From Squalus acanthias (taxonomy: Eukaryota), in NCBI GenBank assembly GCA_030390025.1, contig CM059432.1, positions 20,896,001 to 20,960,000 on the forward strand: a DNA stretch of 64,000 nucleotides, given 5' to 3'. A model generated the notes under the pieces. The model saw nothing but the letters and a program-made list of their open reading frames with translations. It ran no database searches and had not been told where the DNA came from. This document shows positions 12,699 through 26,008 of the stretch, one piece after another. The translations under genes and the position numbers were made by a program. Positions within the stretch are counted from its first letter, which is position 1, and the number at the start of each line of letters is the position of its first letter.

Positions 12699-13909
12699 AT
12701 TATTTAATGTGTGGAGCAAACAGAAGGTAAAATACTTTACCTGCTCACCCTAATCCAGCGGCCGGTATCAGTGTTTAAGTACATGCTTTTTCAGAAATCT
12801 TGTTATCTCCTTTCCTGAAGATGCCGGGACATGGTTCAATAATTGCTGGAAGCCCTCTTGTACCTCAGTACAGTGGTCTTGGGAACATAGGAACAGGGGT
12901 CGGCCATTCAGCTCCTTGAGCCTGTTCCACCTTTCAATTCGATCTTTGCCGATCTGTACTTCAACTCCTTGTACCTGCCTTAGCTTCCTTGATGCCCTTA
13001 CCTAACAAAAATCTATTGCTCTCAGTCTTGAAAGCTCCTACTGACCCAGCATCCACAGCCTTTTGGGGGACAGAATTCCCGATTTCTACTACCCTATGGA
13101 GCTGATGTTTAATTTCTGGGTGCACGTGTCCATCTGTCCATTGTGTTCTGCCCTAGGGCAGGTCCTAACACAAGTCTCGCCCATGAGATTCTTCAGCCAT
13201 TTATTAGGGAAAAGTAGCTGAGGTGGATTCCCAGCACGGTTTTTATCTTTGGACCACCTTTTCCCAGGTGGGGTGCAAGCAAGGTGAAAGAGCCCCAGGC
13301 CCCACCTGTGCTTTATGATGGGGGACAGACCCGCACCCATCAGACGCATATGCATCCACCGGATGTCTATCCAGTACTCAGAGCTGGAGCGCCAGTCTCC
13401 TCTTCCTGGGGCTGTCAGGAGTGGTGCCTGAACCAAACCTTTCTGACTCAGAGGAGGGAATACTACCACTGAGGTAGTGATCACTCCGTCCGGACAGGAG
13501 TACCCCACTGGATGTCAACCCAGTATTTAGAGACAGTATTCTGGTCTCTACTCGTGGGGGCTGTCTGGAGCAAGACTCCAACTTTTCATCTTCTGCTTAA
13601 AGAGGCTGGAATGCTACCAGTAAGCTAAAGCCTTGCTCCAGAGTATGTGAATACATTTACAAGGAGTGCATGAAATGGTGGCACATCGTATTGCTTCCCC
13701 AGTCCACCGTGCTGCAATGTGATGAGGTTTGCGCCCCTGAGGCTAGTTCCTGATTTGGGCAGTGAAGGGAAAGGCTTTGAGTGGATCTTGGACACTTTCA
13801 CTCAGGAATGGAGGGAAACTCAGACTGTGGGTCACCTTGGGAGATTCTCAGTCATTTGGTTGAAGAGCTATGATACCAAAGGATTGAGTGCAGCAATGAA
13901 AGAGATATA

Positions 13910-14262
13910 GGGGGAAAAATTGGGTCGCGCCCCCTTTGGGGCGCTAACTTCGCCGGGGCGCTACTTCTAGCGCCCTGAAAAAGTTAGCACCCCCACACCC
14001 GAAATTGAATGGTAGCGCCCCAAGCAGGAAGTGGGGCACTACTGGAAGCGCTCCCTCTCCCTCTTGGGGCGCTCCTATTGAATATTGCGGCGCTACGTGC
14101 AACAGCGCCACGCGTGTCGGCATGTAGCACTGCGGTACTACAGGCCTCCCTCTCCAATTAAAGGGGAGGGGCCTAGCGCAGTGCGCACCGGGGCCTTGCT
14201 GGACCACCGGGGAGCGGGGTGCCGACAAAAGAGCCCGGCACTCAAGAGGAGTGCCGGGCTGA
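13910..14262. mobile_element. Truncated family A MITE
   Basis: ata|gggggaaaaattgggtcgcgcc start; homology ends near 14262 with no second TIR. Confidence 0.8.
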
Positions 14263-15903
14263 CCGATCGCAAATGGGAAAGTAGGTATTATTCAGAGATG
14301 TTGTGGAGCCAGGAGAAGCATTAATCAACAAGCCTGATGCCAGACCCTCCATGGCTTTCTCCTGTGACTGATCTCTTCCCCCCCACCACCACCCCCACCA
14401 CAAACAACTTAATTGAACTGCCTCAGCTCTGTTGGATATCCCACCCCGCCTCCCCGATCAGTGAGCTGCTCCGAACGTATGGCCAGCTTACCACAAATAT
14501 TGTCATGAGGCCTGACCTGCCAACATAACAGCACTGTGGCAGCACCTTCACCACACGGACTGCAACGGTTCAAGGCGAAGGCCCACCACCACCTTCTCAG
14601 GGCAAGGAGGGTTGGGCACACCTTGCCAGTGATGTCCACATCCTGAGAATGAATAAAAAATTATTTGGTGCTTCCGACTGCTTTCATTGGGCGGGTAGCT
14701 GGCTCGCTTTGTCGCCTCCTGCCTGATGAAAGGAGTCACATCAAAATTGGCTTCACAGTGCTAATCTTAGAAACAGTTATAATGAACTCGTTGTAAAGTT
14801 AAAAAATTCAAATTTAACCCAGCCCCACCCTCACATTTCTCCTTGAAACTTTATAGCTCACAAACTCCCTTTAATAGTCCAGTGAGTAAAGGCATTACCT
14901 GGTGTAATATTGAGCTGCACAGACTAGATTAGTAGGCCTCAGATTAATTTTTTCTTTTATGCTGAGGGCACCAACTGGAGCTCTACAGTTTGCCTCAGCA
15001 CCCCTAAATTAGGGAAAGCAAAATCAGCCATGATACCCATACCTGATTCATAATGATTCAAATAACCCTTGCTGAAGAATTTGTTTGTAGACATTGATTG
15101 ACAATAGGCTCTAACTTGGCCGTGATGTCCTTCATGGAGAGATGTTAGCATTTGTGGAATGATACCCCAGAAAAAGTCAGGCAAAGAGGGAAGAAAATGG
15201 GTGAGAATAAGAAAAGAGATGCATTGAGAAAGAAATTTCAACTGTCCATCAACAATTCTTACAAAAACTTTCCAAAGTACCATTCATCCATCTATCTCTC
15301 CGTAGCAATTTTCTTCTCACTTCCCTACTCCTTTAGTCCTAGCTATGGCAATAATGAACAGTCCCGAACTAAGAATCTTTTAATCTTCTAAATTGCTAGA
15401 AGCCAACACAAGCTTCTCCGTGTAACACTGTTTAAATTGAGAAACCTAACTGAAAGGCCAAGGTCCATAGTGCAGGACACTAAAAGTAGAAAAGAAAATG
15501 AGGCAAATCCAAGAAGGGTGATGCCAAACTTATGTTCCAAAAGCCTGTAGATTGTCAGAAGAAGGAAAGGCTGAGGCAGGTGAGGTGTTCCACAAAAAAA
15601 TGACAAAAGAATGAGTTGACACTGGAGATCGTTTGACTCATGATTTCATCACGGTGAAAATTCAGAGCGGAGAAAGATCATGTTGGAGGTTCGAAGGAAC
15701 AGGAGAGAGAAGTTCAGAGGAACATTGACATTTTATTTCTTGTTTCCCGTAAAGAGTTTGAGATGGTGTTAGACTTGCTCACTTTACTGCTGTGATAGTG
15801 AATGGTCAGAATTTACCAGCATCTCTGACAACATATCGGCCATCTTTCACCAATGTACGAGGTTCAGTCTACTGAAAACCTTAATCTTTGGTTTTTTTTT
15901 CAG

Positions 15904-16047
15904 TGATATGTATTTATAAACGCCCAGCCAACGGGGCTACAGACATCAACTTCCCAATGAAAGGATGGAGAGGAATGGTTGACTGGGCGAGGAATTCTGA
16001 AGATAAAGTTACTGTTCCAAAAAGCATCTTTTCAACAGGATCAACAG
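15904..16047 (+). CDS. ADGRB1: ADGRB1 coding exon (144 nt): (V)[47 protein letters not shown]
   Basis: poly-T + cag acceptor, gtaaga donor; phase 1/1; BAI-family FPMKG motif. Confidence 0.93.
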
Positions 16048-16495
16048 GTAAGATGGTGTCGTGCTCATTTCCTTTTTATTATTCGAGCTTCAGTCATTGC
16101 AGTGGAAAGTTTGGCCAATATATTGAAAATAAAACAACTGACATCTTGGGCTGATCAGAACTTTATTGAAAGGCAATTGCTTCACATTTGCAGAGCCACA
16201 CATAATTTACTGGGCTGAATTATTTTACTTGCCTACACAACAACAGCTACTGCACTTCAAAGGCAATTCACTGCATTAAATAAATTGAGACATTTCAACA
16301 ATATAAGGTATTATATAAATGCATGTATTATTCTAGGTTTACCAGTAAATCTGCCATGATGTTGCCCACACTGCCTTCGCCTGGAGTTAAGGGGCCGGTA
16401 ATGGCCTCAAAATGGGGTCAGTAGCCTGACAGCCTTGTTAACACCGGTGATGCATCTGGCTCCATTTTGAAAGGGCCCTGCTGCCTGGAGTCTAA

Positions 16496-17524
16496 GGGCT
16501 GGATTTTGAATGACCCATGGAGTCGGGTTGGGAGGCGTGTGGGGGGTTAAATTTGCGGGGTCGGGGTTTCCGACCCTATCCCGACTCCATCCCGCCTCCA
16601 CGCAATTTTGACATAATCAGTCGCGGGGTTCCCGATTCCGTCCCGCCTCCAAGAGGCGGGAGAGGCCATTAAAGCCCTTAACAATGTCCAAAAATGTGCG
16701 GGTTAGGTTGATTTGGCTATAATAAATTGACCCTTAGTGTTAGGGGGGGATTAAATATGTGGGGTTATGGGGATAGGATGGGATATGTTAGGGGGAATTA
16801 AATATGTGGGGTTACGGGGGTAGGGTGGGATATGTGTACTGTGGGGATTAAAGCAGGGACAGGGTACTGGACTTGGATGATCAGCCATGATCGTATTGAA
16901 TGGTGGAGCAGGCTCGACGGGCCGAATGGCCTACTCCTGCTCCTACATTCTATGTTTAACAAGCTCTAAATTGGCTCTGTAATGCCATTTTGAAACGCTG
17001 TAGCTAGTTTAACCCTCTTTTGACGTGAAGCACGCCTGGTGTGAAACACTCCAGTGAAACCTGGCGGGAGCACAAGTGGATAGATGACTATCGGCTGCAA
17101 GTCCACTACTACGACAGAGATGTGATGAAGGTGGTAGTAGTAGTATTAGGTCTGAACATTGCCTCTGATGCTGCTGCATTGAATGTCTTCAGAGACTGCA
17201 TGGGAGGATCTCTCTCTCTCTCTCTCTCTCTCCCTCTCTCTCCCTCTCCACCCCCCCCACCCATCCAGGTCCACTCACATCAAAAGCCAGGCAAGTCCTC
17301 TCTCACCAACAGTCTCTGAGACTAGGCAGTCAGTAATGATGACATCATCAGAGGTGACTTTCAGACTGAAAACACTAATTAGTTCATGGGTTCCCACATG
17401 CTCCAACTCAATTGCCCAATTAAGTGAAAATTGCATCAGGCACCCACATTAATCTGGAGTCGGGGGGGAAACACGAAATGCGGATTACACGACCCCAACC
17501 CGACCCCAAGACAAAATCCAGCCC
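16496..17524. mobile_element. Harbinger-type non-autonomous element (TIR gggctggattttg) with a nested retroposon 3' fragment (about 16690-16958)
   Basis: gggctggattttg ... caaaatccagccc; flanks taa/gaa; the insert ends in a CR1-like tail (gggccgaatggcctactcctgctcct...). Confidence 0.75.
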
Positions 17525-17944
17525 GAAATGTCCGTCTGTCTCAAGTGATGGGCCCCTTTTAATAGGGAATATGGAAATCGAGTTCCTATGATGTAAGTAG
17601 GACCCCGATTACCTTTTTTTAGGTTGGAATTGTTTATAGCCTGCGCTGTGCACACTCCAACCTGCTTCACAGGCGATGGAAATGAAGAGGCCCTCCAAAA
17701 GTAAGTGTCGAATTATTAAAGCCTGGTGATGACTGGTACTATTTGACAGTGGAGCCTGGGAAATTTCAGAATGAGACCTGGGCATGGGGCCAGTATAAAT
17801 TTCAAAGCAGGCAGGGAAATTCTGCATTTTATTTCCCATGAAGTAGTGGATATATATAAACAGTTCCTGTCTACAGTAGTTAATGTTGCAGCTCTTTTTT
17901 AAAAAAAAGAGCTGGTAAATATAAATAAATATAAATATAAATTA

Positions 17945-19963
17945 AAATCCAAGACTGGCAGTCAAAACTGTAATCGAACAATGGACTGCCTTTAAAGAGG
18001 AGATGGTTCGGGTACAGTCGAGGTACATTCCCACGAGGCGGAAAGGTAGGGCAACCAAAGCCAGAGCTCCCTGGATGATGAAAGAGATAGAGAGTAAGAT
18101 AAAGCAGAAAAAGGGGCGTATGACAGATGTCAGGTTGAGAATACAAGTGAGAACCAGGTTGAATATAGAAAGTTAAGAGGGGAAGGAAAAATGAAATAAG
18201 ATGGGCAAAGAGAGAGTATGAGAATAGACTGGCAGCTAACATAAAAGGGTAATTCAAAAGTCTTCAATAGGCATATAAATAATAAACGGGTAGTAAGAGG
18301 AGGGATAGGGCCGATTAGGGACCACAAAGGAGACCTACGCATGGAGGCAGAGGGCATGGCTGAGGTACTAGAAAGGCTGGCTGGACTTAAAAGTCACCAG
18401 GACCGGATGGGATGCATCCTAGGATGCTGAGGGAGGCAAGGGTGGAAATTGCGGAGGTACTGGCTATAATTTTCCAATCCTCCTTGGATACGGAGCTGGT
18501 GCCAGAGGACTGGAGAATTGCAAATGTTATACCCTTGTTCAAAAAAGGGTGCAAGGATAAACCCAGCAACTACAGGCCAGTCAGTTTAACCTCGGTAGTG
18601 GGGAAGCTTTTAGAAATGATAATCCGCGACAAAATTAACAGTCACTTGGAAAAGTGTGGATTAATTAAGGAAAGCCAGCACGGATTTGTTAAAGGCAAAT
18701 CGTGTTTAACTAACTTGATTGAGTTTTTTGATGAGGTAACAGAGAGGGTTGATGAGGGCAATGCGGTTGATGTGGTGTACATGGACTTCCAAAAGGCGTT
18801 TGATAAAGTGCCACATAATAGGCTTGCCAGCAAAATTGAAGCCCATGGAATAAAAGGGACAGTGGCAGCACGGATATGAAATTGGCTAAGTGACAGGAAA
18901 CAGAGAGTAGTGGAGAATGGTAGTTTTTCGGACTGGAGGAAGGTATACAGTGGTGTTCCCCAGGGGTCAGTACTAGGACCACTGCTTTTCTTGATATATA
19001 TTAATGACTTGGACTTGGGTGTACAGGGCACAATTTCAAAATTTGCAGCTGACACAAAACTTGGAAGTATAGTGAACAGTGAGGAGGATAGTGATAGACT
19101 TCAAGAGGACATAGACAGGCTGGTGGAATGGGCGGACACGTGGCAGATGAAATTTAACACCGAAAATTGCAAAGTGATACATTTTGGTAGGAAGAACGAG
19201 GAGAGGCAATAAAAACTAAAGGGTGCAATTCTAAAGGGGGTGCATGAACAGAGAGACCTGGGGCTATATGTGCACAAATCATTGAAGGTGGCAGGGCAGG
19301 TTGAGAACGCGGTTAAAAAAGCATACAGGATCCTGGGCTTCATAAATAGAAGCATAGAGTACAAAAGCAAGGAATTACGGTGAACCTTTATAAAACACTG
19401 GTCTGACCTCAACTGGAGTATTGTGTCCAGTTCTGGGCCCCGCACTTTAGGAAGGATGTGAAGGCCTTAGAGAGGTTGCAGAAAAGATTTACAAGAATAG
19501 TTCCAAGGATGAGGGACTTCAGTTACCTGGATAGACTAGAGAAGCTGGGGATGTTCTTCTTAGAGCAGAGAAGGTTGAGAGGAGATTTGATAGAGCTGTT
19601 TAAAATCATGAGGTGTCTAGACAGAGTAGATAGAGAGAAACTGTTCCCATTGGCGGAAGGGTTGAGAACCAGAAGACACAGATTTAAGGTGATTGGTAGA
19701 ACAATCAAAGGTGATATGAGGAAAACTTTTTTACGCAGCGAGTGTTTCTGATCTGGAATGCACTGCCTGAAAGGGTGGTGGAGGCAGATTCAATCGTGGC
19801 TTTCAAAAGGGAATTGGATAAGTACCTGAAGAAAAAAAAATTGAATGGCTACGGGGAAAGGGCGGGGGAGTGGGACTAGCTGAAATGCTCTTGCAGAGAG
19901 CCGGCACGGGCTCGACAGGCCAAATGACCTCCTTCTGTGCTGTAACCATTCTATGATTCTATG
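17945..19963 (+). mobile_element. 5'-truncated CR1 LINE; ORF2 reverse transcriptase disrupted by stops and frameshifts
   Basis: PEDWRIANVIPLFKKG, NYRPVSLTS, YMDFQKAFDKVPH, SGVPQGSVLGPLLFLIYINDL, SKFAADTK; 3' attctatgattctatgat tail. Confidence 0.93.
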
Positions 19964-19979
19964 ATAAATAAAAATAAAT

Positions 19980-20268
19980 CATAGATTCAATATCATTGAA
20001 AAAAATCTAGAGGGAAGATGAGGAGAAATTTTTTCACTCCAAGCATTGTCGGGATCTGGAATGCTCTACCTGAAAAGGTGGTGGAAGTTGATTCCATAAA
20101 TAATTTTAAAACAAAGTTGGACAGGTACTTGAGGATGAACAAGTTACAGGGTTACGGACAAAAAGCGGGGATTTGGGACTAAGCACGACTGCTCTTTCAA
20201 AGAGGCAGCACGGGCACGATGGGCCGAATGGCCTCCTTCTGTGCTGTAAGTTTCAATGATTCTATAAA
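19980..20268 (+). mobile_element. Older CR1 3' fragment
   Basis: Similar to 19680-19963 (ggatctggaatgc...gggccgaatggcctccttctgtgctgtaa). Confidence 0.75.
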
Positions 20269-22752
20269 TATGGGTTATCAGGAGAAGTACAATAAAGATC
20301 CTACATGGGACATGACGATTCCTGGGCTATGGAGATGTCATTGTCAATCAATGCCAATGATGAATATGGGTTGTAAAATTAATTCGATATTCTGGAGTTT
20401 TTGGAAGGATACAGCGAAAAAATGTATTGAATCTTTCCTTGGGAGATGAAACGGATTGGGTGCAGCCCATGATAGTTGATTGTACATAAAAATATACGAA
20501 AAATGACAGACAGGAAAGATACTGGTCCATCCAGCCTGTTCCATATAATTGTGCATCATAATACATAGAAACCTGGAAGGAACAGGCTTGGTGGGCTGCA
20601 TGTTTCCATGTCCTCTCATGTTCTTCAATGTAAACATAAAAAGAATGGAATAAAAAAAATATATTTGGTTCAGCAAACCAGCTCCTTCCACAGACCATTG
20701 TCAATCTACCATAGTATGGTCTCTACCCCACTAATTTGATTTATGGCATAATTACTCCTTAATCTTCAGACATAATCAAGGGGAAACTCCAGGATACTTA
20801 ACCATTCCCATACTTGAACAGTTCAATCTGACCTGTTGCCTTCCATCGACAACCCCAGCCCCATCAACGCAGGAGTTGCCGTGTACACTGCCGAGATTCC
20901 CAAGGCTGAAATCTCTACACACATGCTTTGGCAGTAAATAAGCCTGTCGCAAAAAGCTGTTCTGCTTTTTAAGACCTGTAATGTTGCTATGATTTGTCCC
21001 TTGTGGATCTCCTGTACAGAACTTACAACATTATATGGGACACAGGTAGACACTTCAGAACAACAGAAAACAACAGAAAAATACTATCCCCAAAAGGAAC
21101 ACTACTGCCAACAGTATAATACAATTTCACGGTGGTTCTCCATGTAATGCATTGATCAGTCTCTGGTGCTTCCCTGTGGAATGGACTGCTCAGTAGAGTT
21201 TGAAATCGAGTTGAGTCGTTGGAGTTGTTTGATTCTAGATTAAGATTCATAGTACTCACAGTTAGGATGGCATGAATTTCAACCTGATTTTTTTTTTTAA
21301 AGTCATGAGAAGGGCACCAGGACTTTTACAGTTTAGTGCCTCAATGTAGCCAACAGTCCTCAATTTCACCCTGAGTTTACTCTGCTATAGGCCTTTGAAG
21401 ACCTGAGCAGCACACAATTTCCTGGCCTCAATTTGGAGGGAGCACCAATTCCAACCCTACACTCACACAACATATTTAAAATAGCTGAATCTGGGGGGAA
21501 AAAACAGCCAGTTCAGTGAAGATCAAATCAGGCACTTGTGTGAAGCCTGACTTACCAGGAGCAAGCAGAGTGAGCTTCTGTTGAAGGATCTGAAATGTTA
21601 ACCTTTTATTTCTCCAATCTTAAGACACAGCACCATATTATTACAATGGAATATCTGTAGCTGATGTATTCTGTGCACTGGGAGAGGGTTCTTGTGCTAG
21701 TTTTTAATTCAAGTGCATGCAAAACAAATGTAAACTGGCAAACATGCTGTGTATTCCAGCATTTCCTTTGTTGGTTAGGTATTGCACAATACTATTTTTC
21801 AAAAGTCGACCATGATTGAAAGCTGTCATTTTTATCAGGCACCCTTTCGTAAATCGTCCTGCTTCCTTTTACCCTGTCGCCTGCAGTAATGGGGCTTTGT
21901 GCAGTGACATATGAGCTTGTCATGTCTCCTGTTATAAAGACCTGGCTGCCTTTTCTTATGTATTTCACATCTTATGATCTGGGGACAAAAGCCTTCTGCA
22001 GCTGTATCAGTTTCTTTTATCAAATTTGCTTGAAAGGCTCTTGTCTGATGCCGACCTGAGTTGAATGTTACTTGAAGCAGAAATTGGAGAGACATCTCCA
22101 ACATTTCCAATGACAGCCAACATGGCCCTTTTGTGAAGAGACATTTAAAATCTACACATGTACCCTGACCTTCAATAGTTCTGTTTCTGTTAGGGTCTAG
22201 ATCCCTTTGCAGTGAGGTTTCTGTGAAAATTGCATTTTTTTTTGTCATTTTAATTTTAATTAATTTTTGGGTGGGGCTTGACTTCTTTGTGCTTAAGTGT
22301 GAGGGAAGTTAGCACTAGGGAATGGAACTCTTCCTTTTTAGGCACTCAAGCCCCAATTTTAACCGAAGCCACCTGGTGGGAATAGGGCAAATTCAGGTCA
22401 GCAAACCCATTTTACACCCTGCCTGATGATACTCGCCATTGAAGTCAATGGAGTGTAAATCTGGGCGTGGTGTAAAACAGGCGTCTGTCCCGAAGCTGGG
22501 CGGTTAGGTTAAAATTGAAGCTCGAGTGGCAGTATCAAGCGTTATTAGGTCAGCCATCTGTCGAGCAACACCTCCTCTACTTAGCCCTAATCTTGGAAGA
22601 GTAGTCTTCACTGCATCAGTGAGCCATTCCATTCCTCAATATATTCATCTTTGTGAGATTGTAAGGCCAGGTTTTAAGGCAAAGTTTTGTGCTGCAAGCT
22701 AATATTATACGGAAACTAGCTTAACATTTCCCGAATACATATATTATAGAAT

Positions 22753-22961
22753 TCTGGGTTTCCTAGTTCTGACGAAAGGTCATCGACCTGAAAGGTTAGC
22801 TCTGTTTCTCTCTCCACAGATGCCTCAGTTCTGACGAAAGGGCATCGACTTGAAACGCTGACTCTTTTTCTCTCTCCACAGATGCTGCCTGACCTGCTGA
22901 GTATTTCCAGCATTTTCTGTTTTTATTTCAGATTTCCAGCATCCACAGTATTTTGCTTTTG
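22753..22961 (+). mobile_element. Short non-coding Penelope terminal-repeat element with two tandem hammerhead motifs (retrozyme-like)
   Basis: Flanked by 11-bp direct repeat tattatagaat (22742-52, 22962-72); nearly identical to the Penelope 3' end at 54565-54668; internal 62-nt duplication. Confidence 0.85.
22765..22863 (+). ncRNA. Tandem minimal type I hammerhead ribozyme motifs (degenerate)
   Basis: Copy 1: agtt-CTGACGA-a-aggtc/atc/gacct-GAAA-ggtt-agct. Copy 2: agtt-CTGACGA-a-agggc/atc/gactt-GAAA-cgct-gact. Each has substitutions around stem III or the cleavage site. Confidence 0.65.
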
Positions 22962-23562
22962 TATTATAGAATCCTTACAGCTATTATAATGAATAGACTT
23001 TCATCCCATCAGTTTGGGTTAGATTTGAACCCTGGACATAAAAGGCTGGTTGGTATACTAATTTCCCTTTTCCTAATTATTTATATTAGTTTTTCATTTC
23101 TCCACTGAATTTTAGGTGCAGGGAAGGGAGGGCGATAATTTAAACTACTGACCATAAACACTGTAGAGCAGCAATCAATAAAGCAATAGAATATTAACAG
23201 TAGTGCAAGTCAGAGGGTGTTGTGCTAATACTGTGAAGTGGTCTGGTCAGGCAGCACCTTGAGTACTGTTTGGGGCACTTAGACACAAGGGATATTCAAA
23301 TCCTGGAGATGGTGCCGTAACGCATTTGCAGAGGACTGAGTTATGAGGAAAGATTGGAAATACTTAGGCTATTCAGCTTGGAAGAATGTGGCTGAGAGGG
23401 ATCTTCACAGAAGCATCTAAGATAGTAAACGGCACAGGAAATATAAATCCAGAGGACTATTTCAAACTCAACTATGACAGTAGGAAAAGAGGGCACGAGT
23501 TCAACCTAGTAAAAAGTAAACTTAGGACCAATGTCAGGAAATTGTGACCAGCATGTGGAATG

Positions 23563-23962
23563 GGGTACGATAGCATAGTGGTTATGTTACTGGACTAGTA
23601 ATCCACTAATGATGCAGAGACATGAGTTCAAATCTCACCAGCTGGGGAATTTAAATTCAGTTAAATAAATAAATAAATAAATAGTATCAGTAATGGTGAC
23701 CATGAAACTACTGGATTGTTGTTAAAAACCCAAGTACTGTAGTTCACTAATGGCCGATACTGTGATTCTAGACCCACAGCAATGTGGTTGACTCTTAACT
23801 GGCCTCTGAAATGACCTCGCAAGCTGCTACAACAAAGTCAGCACTGTGGGAGTACCTTCAACACTGGTTCAAGAAGGTGGCTCACCACCACCTTCTCAAG
23901 GGCAATTAGAGAGGGGCACTAAATGCCAGTCTTGCCATATCTCGTGAACGAATAAAAAAAAA
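23563..23962 (+). mobile_element. tRNA-headed bipartite SINE (LINE 5' region fused to LINE 3' tail), inserted in a CR1 relic
   Basis: A-box tagcatagtgg, B-box gagttcaaatc; body matches 43219-43530; tail matches the LINE 3' end; poly-A end. Confidence 0.8.
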
Positions 23963-24159
23963 TTGACTTCTGAGTGGAGGAGGCAAAAACCCTGTAATCA
24001 TTTCATAAACAGTTGGGTGTTGTAACAAAGTGGGGTGGATCACTTGGCCTGCTTTATGCTTATCTATCCTGTGAGACCCATTCAGAAAATTGTTGGCAGG
24101 ACTGATTTATAGATACTACCAAAGGATCTCAGTTCCTATAATTCTGGGTCTTGAATTAA

Positions 24160-24800
24160 AGAAAGAACTTGAATTTATATAGTGCTTTTCACGACAACAG
24201 GAAATCCCAAAGTGCTTTACAGCCAATGAAGTACTTTTGAACTATAAACACTGTTGTAATGTAGGAAATGAGGCAGCCAAGTTGCACACAGCAAGGTCCC
24301 ACAAACAGCATAGGAACATTGGAACATAGGAACAGGAGTAGGCCATTTAGCCCCTCGAGCCTGTTCTGCCATTCAATGAGATGATGGCTGATCTGTGACC
24401 TAACTCCATGTGCCCGCCTTTGCCCTACATCCCTTAATACCTTTGGTTAACAAAAATCTATCAATCTCTGATTTAAAATTAACAATTGCTCTAGCATCAA
24501 TTGCCAGATAATCTGATTTAATGCTGTTGGTTCAGGGATAAATATTGGCCAGGTAACCGGGAGAACTCACCTGCTCTTCTTCGAATAGTGTCATGGAATC
24601 TTTTACATCCACCTGAGGGCAGACGGGACCTTGTTTTAACGTCTCACCCAAAAGGTGGCACCTCTGACAGTGCAGCGCTTAGTCAATACTGCACTGAAGT
24701 ATCAACCTACATTTGTGCTCAAGTCTCTGGAGTGGGATTTGAACCCCCAACCTACTGACTCAGAGGCGAGAGTGCTATTACTGAGCCGGGCTGACATCTT
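24160..24800 (-). mobile_element. Deu-type SINE interrupted by a CR1 3' fragment (about 24311-24500)
   Basis: Homology to 13-438 resumes after the insert, which starts with taggaacattggaacataggaacaggagtaggcc. Confidence 0.75.
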
Positions 24801-25389
24801 GGTTTTAACCACCTATGCAATTGTTCAATTCTACTGCCCTCCAATGAGGGCTTTTACATTTTCTAATGCAACAAATACAGATAAAATTGACATCATATGC
24901 TGTGGACAGTGATGCAAAAAAAAGGAGTATGGAACGAGACATAGATGGTTCCATTTCTCCCAATTCAAGCGTTTAATTCCAGTCAAACATTTTGCAATTA
25001 TTAAGACACTTTGCTTGGACTAGCCACTTGACAGTTATGGGGAGGTGGTGGGTGAGTGGGGTGGGGGGGGGGGGGGGTGGTTGCCTGGGAAACAGTCTCC
25101 AAGCTTCATTAAACTATCCAAAATCATAATTAAAAGGCATGACTAAAGCTGAAAATTGTCAGAGAAGATGAGGTGAATCAAGAAGTGCTGATTAGGTGAC
25201 TGTCTGTTGAGGGTCACAGATGAGGGGGAGATGCTGCAGCAATATTAACCAGTCTGCTTTATAACTTACCCATAAATGTATGTTTAATCACTTTATAATC
25301 GCTTTATAAGCTCTTCGTTAAGAACTTGTCTACACTTTCCAATGATTCTACTACATAAGTGAATGATAAATCTGTACTTGTATTTGCAG

Positions 25390-25465
25390 AGCCAGATGAT
25401 TCTTCGGTTTATGTGATAGGAACTGTCCTCTATAGAAACCTGGGGGCATTTCTGGATCTTCAAAG
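25390..25465 (+). CDS. ADGRB1: ADGRB1 coding exon (76 nt): (E)[24 protein letters not shown](R)
   Basis: ttgcag acceptor, gtaagt donor; phase 1/2; not in the ORF track, read directly from sequence. Confidence 0.92.
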
Positions 25466-26008
25466 GTAAGTTTGATTCAGTTCATGGCTGAGCTTATTTT
25501 AAATAGATAAAACTAACAGCTTCTATAGTAATGCTCAAGAGAGTCAAAAAGTTCTAATGTAGGGGATGGAAACTCTTGGGGTTAAGTGTTGCGAATGTTA
25601 AGTATTTGGCCCTTATTTACCCTGTATGTTTTTTTCTTGAAGTTGTGATGAGTAGTTTTCATATTGAAAATTTTCTTTTGTGGAATTCTATCATTTGCTC
25701 ATTCTATACATATTTGGGTGACTACAAGGGAGTCCCCTCAGACTGCAAATATTGCTCACCATTGATTAATGTTCCCTGTTTTTGGAATGATCAGGAGATC
25801 CTATCAGAGGATCTTATTTTGTTTACCCTGTTTCTGGTATGCTTCACCTCTGTCAGAAAAAAAATCACTTGAGACTGAAGTTTAAAAAAAGTTTCATAAA
25901 AGTAAAAATCATTATATAATTTTGTGTGTAAATATTATGTCCAAAATACTCTCTTTGAATTATAGCAATAATTACCTGTAAAGAATAACAAAGGGCAACA
26001 GACACTGA

